Positions 1 through 13,320 are shown, counted from the stretch's first letter. The stretch is DNA of 64,000 bases from Squalus acanthias (GCA_030390025.1 CM059435.1:22196001-22260000); one strand, 5' to 3'. Made by a program: numbers and translations. Notes: generated by a model not told the origin, from the sequence alone.

Positions 1-68
1 TTTTGTTTGATTACGCTCCTGTGAAGTGCCTTGGGACATTTTACTATGTTAAGTGCAAGTTGTTGTTG
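1..68 (+). mobile_element. L2-type LINE 3' tail fragment
   Basis: ctcctgtgaagtgccttgggacattttactatgttaa...gcaagttgttgttg is the reverse complement of the tails at 588-728 and 39894. Confidence 0.6.
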
Positions 69-587
69 TCACACTTCAGATGTCACACATTGTACAGTGA
101 GAATTTCTGTCACATTTGGGGAGTATAACACAACGAAAGGTAGTCTTTTGGAATGACTTACCAGAAACAGAAAATACCAAAGGCACAATGCCTATAGCCC
201 CTCAATTGACTCGCCCAGTTTTTATTTCACATTGATTAAACTTTGTTGCCGTAAAGGGGGACACACCTACAGTTAAGCAGCAAAATATGCATTATATGTA
301 CTGGTCCTTCTTTAACAGTGCAAAATATCTTTAAAAAGTACAACACAGTCCAATGTTGTACCTTGTTACAGATATAATACAATCTGGAAATGCTATTTTT
401 TTGAGCTACAGCCGGAAACCGGCAAGTAGATTCTAATCTAAAAATTCCCTGACCCAACAACAATAATCCCCAGATTGTCTGGCTTATGTTTACTTAACAA
501 TTAAAGGGACAGCGCTCTACCTAAGCAGAATAATACACTCTACATGTTACTTTGTGTAACAGTCCTGTTTTTTTTTAACAACTATAT

Positions 588-728
588 CAACAACAACAAC
601 AACAACTTGTATTTATATAACACCTTTAACGTAGTAAAACGTCCCAAGGCGCTGCACAGGAGTATTTTAAGACAAAAAAATTTGACACGAGCCACAAGGA
701 TAAATTAGGGCAGGTGACCAAAAGCTTC
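588..728 (-). mobile_element. L2-type LINE 3' end with (CAA)n tail
   Basis: Highly similar to the 3' end of the RT-bearing copy at 39894-40877. Confidence 0.75.
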
Positions 729-1464
729 GTCATACAACCTATTGCAAACAACACCATGGGAGAGGCAGTATTCTTAAAAGAGCATTGCTTGTTTAAAAAT
801 GTTAAAATTCCTTTAACAACCTCTTTTTCATATTATGGACAAGAATCCTTCCCTGATTATTTGCTCCCTGCTCAAAAAATATTAGGTGGTGCAGCAGATC
901 TTGTCTTGTATGCACCATTTAGCTGTTTTAAAGAGTTTTACCGAGCTATTTGCCAATCTGAACAATCTACTTTCCTTCAAAGTGCCCAAGCTCAAGACCT
1001 ACATGTCACTGTCAGAAAATAATCATAAAATAATGTAACAGTGCCAAAAATAGGATAGATGTATCACAAATAATATAAAATCAGGATGAATGACTTTGTT
1101 TTCAGTGGAAGGAAGGACCATATAGGCCCTACAACTTTAAATCTAAGTTTTTATTATTAACTGTTGCCACAATATCAGAAAACACCAGCATGATAGATCA
1201 ACATGGGCGAAGTGTTCAGAAAACCACGGATGTGGGATTGAAATGGTACTATGCAACATTAGTAACGAACACATCAACGCAGTCAGATAAAATTCCTTTG
1301 ACATTTTAACAAAATTAATTAATGTGTTTGTTACTAATATCACACGGCGCAACTTTTAAATCGAAAAACATTTTTACTCGAGACAAAAAAGTTAATTCTA
1401 CAGAAAGAAACTGAAGAATATAGAAGCCCAGCCTTAGCAACTTCAGTGACGGCTGAGTGGTATT

Positions 1465-1612
1465 ATCCAATGAGCAGCTGAGCGATATTGAGCAGCTGAG
1501 CGATATAGACCAGCGCATCCTAGATTCAATCTCTGATCTCTCATTTGCTTAATTAGTTGATCTCAGTTGAGCCTGTACAATTGGTGTCTCTGTCCTAAGG
1601 TTAGAGAGAGGA
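1465..1612 (+). mobile_element. Degenerate ancient tRNA-derived SINE 5' part (AmnSINE2-like, name from memory)
   Basis: gattcaatc...ttagttgatctcag...tacaattgg...ggttagagagagg motifs shared with the 33300, 36340 and 43535 copies. An 18-bp tandem duplication lies at 1471-1506. Confidence 0.45.
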
Positions 1613-2579
1613 ATTAGTGACTTCAAGAGGGGATTGGCAAGATTAAAAAAACGTACAGCCTCAAAATATGATTTCTGTTATATAGAACTGAGTCTGATTG
1701 TTGTGATCAGCTCCATCAACACAAACCAGTTTTCACTGTTGGCTGTTGCATTATTCTATTTTATCCCGTTTGAGAAAAATATTACTTTTTGATGCTTCAT
1801 ATTTTGAATGGAGTAAATCATTTTCATTTCGTACAAGCTGCCTTGCAGGTCTCTCCACAGCTAACCGCCTGCCATAATAAGGATTAAGTACTGAATGTAT
1901 ATATTGCACCTTTTTTAGCCAAAATAGAACAGAGAATCTATATGCATATTTCTTTCTTTTATGTAAGCATACCAAAATAAAACATCTATTAACATTCCCA
2001 GTTGTCTGCTGCACAGAAAAGATATTTGAGCTTACCACTTGAACTTCATTTAACACATCGTAAATCTGTAGTACTGCCCTTAAGGCTTGCTGCACAGAAT
2101 TTGGAGTGATAAGCAAGCATTTTATTTCTGTATAGCAACTGATGGTATTTTTTCAAATTAACTTTCTTTCTTTTCTCAAGTTATGGAGCTAAAATTTGTA
2201 ACAGTTATATGACATAGCTTATTTCAGTATTGAATTTGAGGCAAAGGTAGGTCCATCTATTATAGTTAAGGAGCTGGGGGGAAATGAGGGTGAGCTGTTT
2301 AGTTATGGGACTGGTAAGAAAGTAGTTCCAGCTCCCCAAATTAGTACCTCAAAAGTCTTGAGGTGTTATATGGTCCCTAGGCGCTGGCATTCTAGTCCAC
2401 AAAATTTAGGCTCCTTCATTCTATTTGTGTTTATATTTCTTGCTTGCTGGTTTGTCCTGTTTAAATTTGGTGGGACTATCTTTAGCATTGTTGACTCATT
2501 GGGGGTTAAATCCTAAATCAAAACAGTAAAATTATTTATTATCCATAGCATGAGATACATGCAAATTAGTGGAAACATT

Positions 2580-3055
2580 GGGCTAGATTTTCCACTTGTT
2601 GAGCTAGATCATGTTGGGCCAGATTTTGCTGAAAAATTAACGGCGTCTAAACGACGCCTGCGCAGGGTACCAGGCTGATCGATCGCGGGCAGGAACCCGC
2701 GAAAAAAACTAGAATAGGAAAGGTAAGTTTTTTTTTCCCCACTTACCTCGGCCACCTCACCTTTAATCATCGCCCCGAAGCAGTCGGCCGCCCACCCGAT
2801 GCACGCCTCCTGCAGCTGGCGGTGTTTTCGACTGGCGCTGCTGCAGGGGGCAGAAGTCAATTTCGGGTCCTGGGCGCTACTGGGGCACTGCGCATGGCGA
2901 TGACGTCACGGTCTCTGGGCGAAGGAGATCGGGACGCAACGCCAGAGCGCCGCCGCAAAACTCCCGCCGAATATGGCGGGAGTCGATGTCAGCACCGCGC
3001 CCGGTAGCAAAGCCATTTGTGCCCCCCGGGCGCAAAGGCACCCAATTTCACCCCC
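2580..3055. mobile_element. GC-rich non-autonomous DNA transposon (MITE-like)
   Basis: CpG-rich island in an AT-rich intron with GGG.../...CCCCC ends. The right end resembles the 47115-47832 element. Confidence 0.55.
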
Positions 3056-3162
3056 ATAGACTGTTTGTTTGTCCCATTGTTCATCGAGGTCCCAGATGCC
3101 CTGTTGCCCTCACTGTGCGTTATCAGCTCACACTTCCAACAATCTGGCCGATTATGTCTAAG

Positions 3163-3830
3163 TCACACAACATCCTGACTTAAGACATGTATTGCTGTTC
3201 CTTCATTGTCACCATTGTGGGAACTCCATTACTACAAGGGCTGCAGTGGTCAAAGAAAGAAAAGAAAGACTTGCATTTGTATAGCATCTTTCACGACCAC
3301 CAGATGTCCCAAAGAGCTTTACAGTCAATGAAGTACTTTTGAAGTGTAGTCACTGTTGCAATATAGGAAACGCGGCAGCCAATTGCACACAGCAAGCTCC
3401 CACAAACAGTAATCTGATAATGACTAGATAATCTGTTTTTGTTATGTTGATTGAGGGATAAATATTGGCCAGGACACCAGGGATAACTCCCCTGCTCTTC
3501 TTCGAAATAGTGCCACGGGATCTTTTACATCCACCTGAGAGGGCAGACAGGGCCTCGGTTTAACGTCCCATCTGAAAGACAGCACTTCCAACAGTGCAGC
3601 ACTCCCTCAGCACTGCACTGGAGTGTCAGCCTAGATTTATGTGCTCAAGTCTCTGGAGTGGGACTTGAACCCACAACCTTTTGACTCAGAGGTGCGGGTG
3701 CTACCAACTGAGCCACTGGCTGACACTCGCTGTCAAGGCGAAGGCCCACTACCACCTTCTCGGGGGAATTAAGGATGAGTAACAAATGCAGTTTGCCAGC
3801 ATTTCCCACATCCTGAGAACAAAATAAAAT
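3163..3830 (+). mobile_element. Old non-LTR retrotransposon 3' fragment split by the SINE at 3253-3728
   Basis: 3163-3252 and 3730-3830 join into a diverged copy of the 13100-13320 sequence. Confidence 0.6.
3253..3728 (-). mobile_element. Full-length DeuSINE (SacSINE1/AmnSINE1-related), tRNA-derived head
   Basis: Minus strand carries A/B boxes (tggctcagttgg...ggttcaagtcc), the Deu-domain core (gatgggacgttaaaccgaggcc...aaagatcccgtggcact) and an L2-like tail with (TTTC)n. Confidence 0.85.
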
Positions 3831-5626
3831 CCAGGATGATGAGCTTATGTCAATTCAATGTACAACTCCGAAGGGCACAATACTTCAAAAAAAAAGATGC
3901 AAATGACTATTTTAAAGCATGTTTGTGAAGTAGACTTTTTTTCTCAAATCTGAAATTTAATTCTAGCATTCATGCACAATTTAAAGGCGCAGGGCTGTTT
4001 AATGTGTCTAAAACTGAAGGATAAAACCTAAATGCAGTCTTCACCTACTAATCATATGAAATCTATCTTTGCCAAACTTACAGCTTAGTGTGGGACAGCC
4101 CTCATCAATTAACCCCGCACTCGTCATTGAAATCCCACCTTGCACCCACAGAAAGTGACATGGACGAGTCATTTGATCCTTCCCCCTGTGCTCATTTATA
4201 TCCCGTCTGCTCCAACACAAAGCCTAAATGTATGTACAGCTGGCATCACCAAGCAGCTGGAAAATCTACACTTCAGGACTGTTTGCATAATGCGTAATAC
4301 TGAATTCCTGTCATTTGGAGGAATTCAGTGCATAACACTTCACTGTTCTCTTCAGAATTCATTTCAAAAACAGTAAAACTCACAAACACCCTTGTGTTGC
4401 AGCTGTAGTTAGATTATGATTACAGCTTCTTTTAATATAATGACTGATTTGGCTGAAAATAATGTTTTCTAATAAATTCTATTTTGTTGTTGTAAAATAA
4501 AAAGCATGCTGAATTGCTTTCTGACTACAGCTGGGAAAATCACAGGAGGCAGTGACGTCCATTCTCATGCAGGCGCATTTCTCAGTGGGACTTCGTGCAT
4601 GTAATGCTCATACTTGCGTGATGCTTGTTAATCAGTGCATTAATAACACTTCATAAAAGACACATCCTGCAAAATCATTTAATTGAGATTCAGGCAGCTA
4701 CAACCTATCATGGTTATTCACCTGCTTTATTAAAACTGGTTACCATTGCTATTCATCTTTCCATCCAGCACAGAGAAAATTGGCAAGTGCAATCGGTAGT
4801 TTAACTGTTCTAAATGCTTGCCAAAAGCAAACGTTCATTTTATGTATTGTTGCATTTCCAGAATGACAGATATTCAGTTAGTCCATTCTGAAACAGGTAT
4901 TACACCAGTTCCAGCACACTGTAGATTATCTGCCCATGCTTTTTGCTTGCACTGTTAGCGGTGTGTGTGCTTGTTTATTGAGTGATCTATCACAGGGGAG
5001 AAAACTATGGAATGATGGGGAAGGGAGCTTGATGCATGATGAATGATACCTCATAAGCTCCTGATCTATCCTCCTCATAGCTGTTTACCCAACTGTGAAT
5101 CTTGCAAATAAGTGACGGGGCCTTGAGTTCTGAAGTTATTTTTTTAAATGTCAAAATGAGTGAAACTTTATTAAAGCTTGCACTTAAAATCTCAAAGGAT
5201 AATTGCAAAATGCTGTAATTACTTCTGAATGTATTGGGGTATCCCTTTCTTTACAATTGTACTATGCAAATTCAACTGTTAAAACACTATAATAATGTAA
5301 GCAATTAAGAAGGATCAGTTATTTAAGTGCTAGTATATTTAATGTTATGTGGATGTTTCATTTCCGTTCATAAAAGGACTGAATGTTTTATTTGTAAGAT
5401 TTGTTTTGTTTCATTCACCAGAAATACTGATTATACCTCACTTGAACAATGAAATTCACAACAGATGTAAAAATAATATTATACTGCAATAGGATTCACT
5501 GGTAGACTCATTGTTCTGTGGAGTGTATCGGAATTTATTTATTTACTTTTTCATTTGCTGCCCTGCTGCTTAAAAAAAAACTGGTGCGAAAAATGAATGA
5601 CATTTGTTAATATTTCCTGATGTTAG

Positions 5627-5902
<276 letters not shown>

Positions 5903-7992
5903 TAAAGGGACTGGCAACTCTACAGTACCTTACTACAACTTTCTGTAAGTTTTATTTGCATGTTTTAAGTGTCCTATCTTATCGTGTAGTAATGCATCTA
6001 TCTAATGTCTTCCTGTCCAATGTTTGTTGACAGAAAAATGGTTGGATGAGTTTGGTCAGGAAGTTGCATTGTGATAAATAAGTTCACAGGAATATTTACT
6101 GGGTGTGAATGATAACATTGTGCAATGAAGTGTTTAAACCTCCTTTCAAAACTGTTGATATGGTTAACTCAATGAGAAGAGGTTTCACTTTTTTAGCAGC
6201 TGTCAGGTGGGCTTTCCTCTTGGAAACCAGTTGCCTGGAAACCAAATTTTGACATGAATTGAAATTAAAATGAAAAATCGGCATCATGTTTATTCTCCAG
6301 CACTGTTGCTGATGGTAGCCTCCACTTCAGTAGCAGCTCTGTCACATAAAAGTGGAACTGTTGCCCCAGAGGGTAAAAAAACCGCTTTTTATGGGCACCT
6401 TTGAAGGCAGTGACCACAGGCTGTCTTAACGTCTCAGCCCACTCGTTCAAGCCTGTGATGTTTTGTGCTCACTGGCATCTAAGTACTTTCTCCAGCCACC
6501 AAGACGGTACGACAGCATAAAAACCATTGCAAGCAATTATGCATGCCCAGTTCTTTTAATATTTTAGTTCTGTGGAATTTTTCAAACAAAGTAAATAGGA
6601 CAGATTCCACAGTAGCACAACTATTAGGCAATATTGCACAACCCTTCAGTAATTAAATTGTGTTCATATAAATATGCCACAATTGAAAATGATGATATCC
6701 AAGGAGGGTAGCCACGAGTTGGTCATTAGACAGCTATGGGTTTGAGCTCCCAATGGATGGTCAGTAGGCACCCAGAATTTATTTGATACTTTGAATTGGC
6801 AGTAAGTGCCATGAAATTTGATCTTAAATGTGAAAAAGCCAATGATTTCCCTCCCTCTTTGGGGGAAAAAAAAAGGTTCTGGTCTAAAGTTTATTCATAT
6901 GTTATTGTACATCTGGTGCTTCTTGTTTGCACATTCACACTGCAAAGAGTGGAAGTGAGATTTGAAGAGCCCAAAAAATATTTAAGATTGAACATGGAGT
7001 GACAGGTATATGAATTTCATTACCGTCCGCTCTGTAGTGTTCACTGAATCTTGCCAGCTTTAATTTGGCTTTGTACATGTAAAGCTGTACCATGTGGGTG
7101 GCAGCTCTCCAGGGGATAATTATCAAGGGTGCTTTATACCAATTTCATGTGTGTTAATGTTGGCGCCGTGAATAATAAAAAAAAGTTTTGCATGTTGCAG
7201 CCAGTCATTGTATCGTTCCTGCTGCTTCAAATTTCTCTCGAATTTGCCTAACTGAATTAAACAGCGTGTTAATGATCACCTGCTTTTCATCCCAATGATT
7301 CCCTTGCTGGGAAAAGTTGAGTTTAGGTTAGGTAACTGTAATTGGAGTAAAAATGAGTTAAAGGGTTTCACTTTGAATAGTGGCAGGTCCAAACATAAAA
7401 CACGTGCGTGTGTGTTAGTTAAGTAAACTTCAGACCAAAACATTTCCCTTTTGTGTGGTTACTTTCTTTGATAAATCAGGCGAAGTTTTTTTGGGTAAAA
7501 AAACTAAACCTTAGTCCCCAAAAAGTTTGGTTACGAACTCAGCTGATGTCATCACGTTTTATTAAAACGAATGAATCTCCCATGGTGTTGCTCCGAGTAA
7601 TTTGGATAACACCCTGCTTTATAGTGACAAACGTTATTGGTATGTAACAATATATTAATCTGTGTTTAAACTGATCTGACTGAGGTGAGGAAGTCTTAAT
7701 GTTGCAAATACACACAACCTGAGGTCTGTTTCCGACAACTTTTGGCCCTTCTGAGGCCATCGATTAGCATCTAATGATGGGCAGTTTGCGTAGTGGAGTC
7801 ACCCCCCCTGTGTTGAGTCATGTTAAAACCCAGTTACTGCATTTGGGAACCTATGAGTTGAAGTAGAACATGTTTCCTATGAACTAAAATCTGCACCATT
7901 ACCCATGCCATAAGTGGGATAGCATGCCGTGGGTTAACAGTTGTTCCCTAGTTATGCTGGAGATCACATTGGGTGCCCATCATTTCCTCCTG

Positions 7993-8440
7993 TCTCCTAT
8001 GAGGAGAGATTGGGTCGACTAGGCCTGTATTCTCTAGAGTTTAGAAGAATTAGAGGTGATCTCATTGAAACATACAAAATTCTTACAGGGCTTGACAGGG
8101 TAGATGCAGGGAGGATGTTTCCCCTGGTTGGGGAGTCTAGAACCAGGGGTCACAGACTCCGAATAAGGGGTTGACCATTAAGGACTGCGATGAGGAGAAA
8201 CTTCTTCACTCAGAGGGTGGTGAATCTTTGGAATTCTCTACCCCAGAGGGCGGTGGAGGCTCAGTCGTTGAGTATATTCAAGACAGAGATCGATAGATTT
8301 TTGAATATTAAGGGAATCAAGGGATATGGGGCTAGTGCAGGAAAGTGCAGATGCGGTAGAAGATCAGTCATGATCTTATAGAATGGCGGAGCAGGCTCGA
8401 AGGGCCAAATGGACTACTCCTGCTCCTATTTCTTATGTTC
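7993..8440 (+). mobile_element. CR1 LINE 3' fragment
   Basis: Encodes SYEERL..LGLYSLE.RR.RGDLIETYKI..G.DRVD and RRNFFTQRVVNLWNSLP (CR1 ORF2 C-terminus), plus a 3' stem-loop and ttcttatg tail. Confidence 0.9.
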
Positions 8441-8581
8441 CCTTTGAAAGGCGGTAAATACCACACTGTTAGCCCTAAGTACCCAGACTAAAATCAATAG
8501 GTTTATTCACACAGAAGCAATGATACAGAACAAAATATATGGAGTACATTACTTGGAAAACAGAAATCAAACCACTCTACC

Positions 8582-8690
8582 AAGAAGTAATAATAGTTCT
8601 TAATACAGTTTGATAATCTGCAGGACCTTTGGATGAAACAATCCAGTCCTGCAGATTATCAAACTGTATTAAGAACTATTATGACTTCTT
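8582..8690. repeat. Near-perfect inverted repeat (45-bp arms, 19-nt spacer)
   Basis: 8582-8626 is the reverse complement of 8646-8690 with one mismatch. Confidence 0.95.
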
Positions 8691-9044
8691 TCTCAAATCT
8701 TTATTATGTGGTGTTGGACATGGATGACACACGTTTCCAGTCTATGGTGTTTCGATCTCCAGACCGAATTTAAATTCGATGCCATGGAATCTTTTCAAGT
8801 TTCAGCCATAACTTTGAAGTCTGCTCCTGTGAGGTGGGGTGGGGTGTAAATTAAGTCCAAAGTAGTTTGAGGCTAGGAATGGTGTTTTAAATGTTAACAT
8901 ATGTGGATTATCAGACCTTGAAAAAGACCTATTCAATTATTCTGGTTGATAGGTCTGCTCATGGAAACTGCCTTTTTTCCACGAGCACAAAATGTGTTGG
9001 GAGAGAACCCAAAATGTAATACCTGCGTTTCTCTCTGCAACACA

Positions 9045-9569
9045 GCATCAGACCTGGGTGACCGCTTTGCGGAACACCTCCGTTCAGTCCGTAAGGGTGA
9101 CCCCGAGCTTCCGGTCGCCTGTCACTTTAATTCTCCGCTCCACTCCCACTCTGATCTCTCTGTCCTCTGCCTCTTACACTGTTCCAACGAAGCTCAACAT
9201 AAGCTCGAGGAACAGCACCTCATCTTTCAATTAGGCACTTTACAGCCTTCTGGACTCAACATTGAGTTCAACAATTTCAGACTATAACCTCTGCCCCTAT
9301 TTTTTCAAGACGGCAGCTGTTGATGATTCTGCCATCCCCATTTGCAACATTTAACCACTCCTGCCTTCCACCCTAATCACAGACCATCCCTTTTGTTCTT
9401 TCCTCCCCTCCCCCTTCCCTGCCCCTGCACCTGGTTAAAATCTGTTCCATCTCTAACTTTTTCCAGTTCTGACGAAGGGTCACAGACCTGAAACGTTGAC
9501 TCTGTTTCTCTCTCCACGGATGCTGCCCAGCCTGCTGAGTGTTTCCAACATTTTCTGTTTTTGTTTCCA
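9045..9569 (+). mobile_element. Penelope-like element 3' part: GIY-YIG endonuclease C-terminus plus pLTR with hammerhead core
   Basis: LGDRFAEHLRSV..LPVACHFNS..HSHSDL..KLEEQHLIFQLGTLQPSGLNIEF* is typical of PLE endonuclease ends. CTGACGA-stem-GAAAC motif at 9469-9494. Confidence 0.85.
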
Positions 9570-10468
9570 ACCGAGTTTGAATTTGATCCTAATTTTCAGA
9601 AGAGATTTTCAATAATACCACCCAAATCCTTTTGAAATTCACTATAGTTGCTATACTTTACTGGTATTGTTTACTTTAACTTCTGTACATGTGACTGATT
9701 TCTTGCCACGTTTTATCATATTCTAATTGCAGTGACTTTTCCCAGCTTCCTAATTTCCCCGCCCCCATTTCAGCTGGAAGGTTACGGTGATTCAGCCTGG
9801 ATTTCTCCGTGACAGCTGCATTTACGCTCCACAAGTGGTTGAGAGGAAATGAGCAATGCCTTCTGTCTCCACTGACACGGAGCACATTTCTTTTACAAAA
9901 CGTTCCACTGATCAGAGAGAGTAAGAACTGACCAGCATAACATTAAAAAAAAAGTGTTTGGGTAGCATAACGGTTTAGCTGATGACCGCTGGATGGTCCT
10001 GCAGGTAGGACTGCTGGTCCATCATATCTTAGGCTGGTACATGTGAAAGATCAGTATGGCATGGGTCTGATACTTTACGCGTCAAAGATGTCACTCAGCT
10101 TGGCCAACTCACGTAGTTAACATGATTTTGAACCTACGCAGATGTCATGAAGTTCTCAACATCTCCTGAAATCATTTTTTTAGATGCATGTCTTTGTAAT
10201 GCTATTTTAATGCAACTACAACATTGCTTACCAGTTTTTGGCAATCGGATAAAAATCCTTTTGAGTGAACCTTTTGGAACAAATAATTTCAGTATGTGTA
10301 TGAGAAATTCAAAAATGCCTGCACTGACAGCATGCCTCATGAAATTCAATTAGGGGGCTCGAAGGGTTTATGACTAATTGCTGTGCAATAAACAAGTGTG
10401 GCTTTATGAGGCATTTTTTTTTTTAAAAAGGCAGGATGCCAGTGCATGTTCTGAATACTGTGTATTGA

Positions 10469-10663
<195 letters not shown>

Positions 10664-10703
10664 TGATATTTTGAAATGCTGTACATGATCATATAGGCCT
10701 GTA

Positions 10704-10868
10704 TGGCCCGATTTTTTCAAAATCCCACTGCTGATTTGCCCTCTGGGAGCGCGTATTGGGAAATCACAGGCGCATTCCCCATGATCTTTAATCCAATATT
10801 TTCTATCCTGATGTGCACTCCAAAAAGCGAGACCTCCCACCAGGAGTGTGATTTTGTAGAATCAGCCC
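10704..10868. mobile_element. Short MITE
   Basis: Imperfect TIRs ggcccgattttttcaaaatc / gattttgtagaatcagccc. Confidence 0.45.
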
Positions 10869-10908
10869 GATAAAGTCCATTTTACATATAATGGAGCCTG
10901 ACTATTCG

Positions 10909-11122
10909 AATTAGATGCATTTAAGGGGCGGTTAGATAAGCATATGAGGGAGAAGGGAATAGAGGGTGATGCTGATAGTTAGATGAGGAAGGATGGGAGG
11001 AGGCTGGAGTGGAGCAGTTGGGCCGAATGGCCTGTTTCTGTGCTGTATATTCTGTGTAATTCTATATTTAAAAAGTACCGACTCTTTTTAAATACAGCCA
11101 GTGTTGATGCTTCCCATGGCAT
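10909..11122 (+). repeat. Left arm of an inverted duplication (CR1 3' end plus flank)
   Basis: Reverse-complement match to 12207-12422. Confidence 0.9.
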
Positions 11123-11376
11123 TTCCTCTCTATTGTTGACGGATAAGATTTCTGCTACTTCATGAACCAACTAAAAATAAAAAAACAAGCTTGAAGTTCA
11201 CATCCTCCTCATTTCATGCCATCCACAGATAGCATTTTTGTAAGTAATGCTGGTTAGGCTTGAGAAACCAGAAAGAAAGAGGAGTTTACAACTTGGGCTG
11301 ATTACCATGTATATTCTTCATTCATGATCTAGTGGCTGTAATTATATATGTAACATTAATTGATGTAAATATTAAT

Positions 11377-12092
11377 GGCCCAGATATTCCGATCCCTACG
11401 GGTGGGTACGCACTGTGTACCCACCCGTAGGGACATCGGAAATGCTGGTTTCAGGCATGCGCTGAAAACCGGCATTTCCGATCTGTCAAGAATGGTCTTG
11501 ACAGATCCTCCGGCTGCCCTGGAGAAGGGCCTCTGCGGGCGGATAGTTCCGCTTTTTGGAGACCCTCCACCCGCAGAAAACCCTTACAATTCTTACGCCT
11601 GGTAAAAGCAGGCATAAGGCCTGCTTTACCAAGATAAGAGTTGAAAAAAGTTTTTAAAAAAATGTTTTTTCACTGATTTATTTTTAAAAATACTTTAAAA
11701 AAAGGTAAGTTTATTTTTAGCCCCGTAAAAAACTTCAATTTTTTTCAAATTTATTGTAATTTCAAGTCATTTTAAAAATGTGATTTTTTTTTCAAAATTT
11801 ATTTAAAGTTTTACTATGTTTTTGGGGTGATCTCCATTCTGGGTGATCTCCAGGTCCTGTCAAGTGTATGAAGGGAGATTCCCTTCTTTGATTGGCTCCC
11901 CATGGCCCACGTGATCCCAGGGTCGCTGCGAACTACCTGCGCCTCTGGGATACGTGGGCCCTGCGCATTTGGAGTTTGGAGAGGCCCAGGATCGGAAGCG
12001 TGTGCGTCCCGGGAGCCCTCTGGTAAGGGCGTAGATTTTTCCAGATTGCAGGCCTCCGCCCGCGGGAGGCCTGCGATCGGAAAATACGGGCC
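11377..12092. mobile_element. MITE with TIRs (PIF/Harbinger-like superfamily suspected)
   Basis: TIRs ggcccagatattccgatc / gatcggaaaatacgggcc with AT on both flanks, GC-rich ends and an AT-rich centre. Confidence 0.8.
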
Positions 12093-12206
12093 ATTATCCT
12101 TTTTGACGGCTGGCAAAATGAACCACCGGCTGGTTTTATCAGTTTTCTGGTCTTGTGCTGTAATGCTAAAACAAATACTACAATAACAAACTTACTCAAG
12201 TGTCAT

Positions 12207-12422
12207 ATGCCATGTGAAGCATCAACTCTTGCTGTATTAATAAAAAAAGAGTCTGTACTTTTTAAATATAGAATTACACAATATACAGCACAGAAACAGG
12301 TCATTCGGCCCAACTGCTCCACTCCAGCCTCCTCCCATCCTTCCTCATCTAACTATCAGTATAACCCTCTATTCCCTTCTCCCTCATATGCTTATCTAAC
12401 TGCCCCTTAAATGCATCTAATT
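12207..12422 (-). repeat. Right arm of the inverted duplication (CR1 3' end plus flank)
   Basis: Reverse-complement match to 10909-11122. Confidence 0.9.
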
Positions 12423-13099
12423 TACTGTATTAAATATGCAACTAAAATCAATAATTCAGCTTGCCTTGTTTTCCCACTTACCCCCCCTCCCACAAATATT
12501 TTGAGCCCTTGCTGAAACCCACCAAATAAAAAAATGTTGTCAACTAATCTTTGATGGCGAAAGTTCCCCTCTGACTGTCCCTTGAATGCATTGTGTCAAG
12601 CCCTTTCAGCTGAATTCAGAATGGAGACGGTCGTAGCGCTGAATAAAATTTGAACAGTTTGTGGTTCCAGTGACTAACGAGGATTTAGAATGACGTAAGC
12701 AGTTTTGCATCTTATTCTAGGGACTCTGCCCCCATTATTTATTTTAGAAAATCTGTATCTTAAATAGGCTGCATAATTTTTCTTCCAGGAGCTTTTAATT
12801 TAAACAAGAAACCTGAGCCATAAAATCAAAAAGTTGGAGGATTATAGCTCTAAAATATGACATCTTTAATCCTTTAGTGGCAAGTGTTTTTTTTTCCCTC
12901 CTGGATACCTGACCGTTGGTTTTTATCTCTAATGAATTTGATGCTGATGGCATTTAGCAGCAGGTTCCTCTTTCATTTATGTTCACACATCATGCATAAT
13001 GTATCAAGGTAAGTATAAGCCCTTGCAGAGTGATTACTAGCCACAGATTTTACTCCTGTCTTTTGTAAAACTACTCATCTCATATTTAAAGCCCAAGTC

Positions 13100-13320
13100 A
13101 CACACCATCCTGACTTGGAAATATATCGCCGTTCCTTCATCGTCGCTGGGTCAAAATCCTGGAACTCCCTCCCTAACAGCACTGTGGGAGTACCTTCACC
13201 ACACAAACTGCAGCGGTTCAAGAAGGCGGCTCAGCACCACCTTCTCAAGGGCAATTAGGGATGGGCAATAAGTGCTGGCCTTAGCAGCGACGCCCACATC
13301 CCACGAATGAATTAAAAAAA
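13100..13320 (+). mobile_element. Non-LTR retrotransposon 3' end (clade uncertain) with A-rich tail
   Basis: Multiple copies in the window (3163, 38815, 50884). Ends gggcaattagggatgggcaataagtgctggcc...aaaaaaa. Confidence 0.75.
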
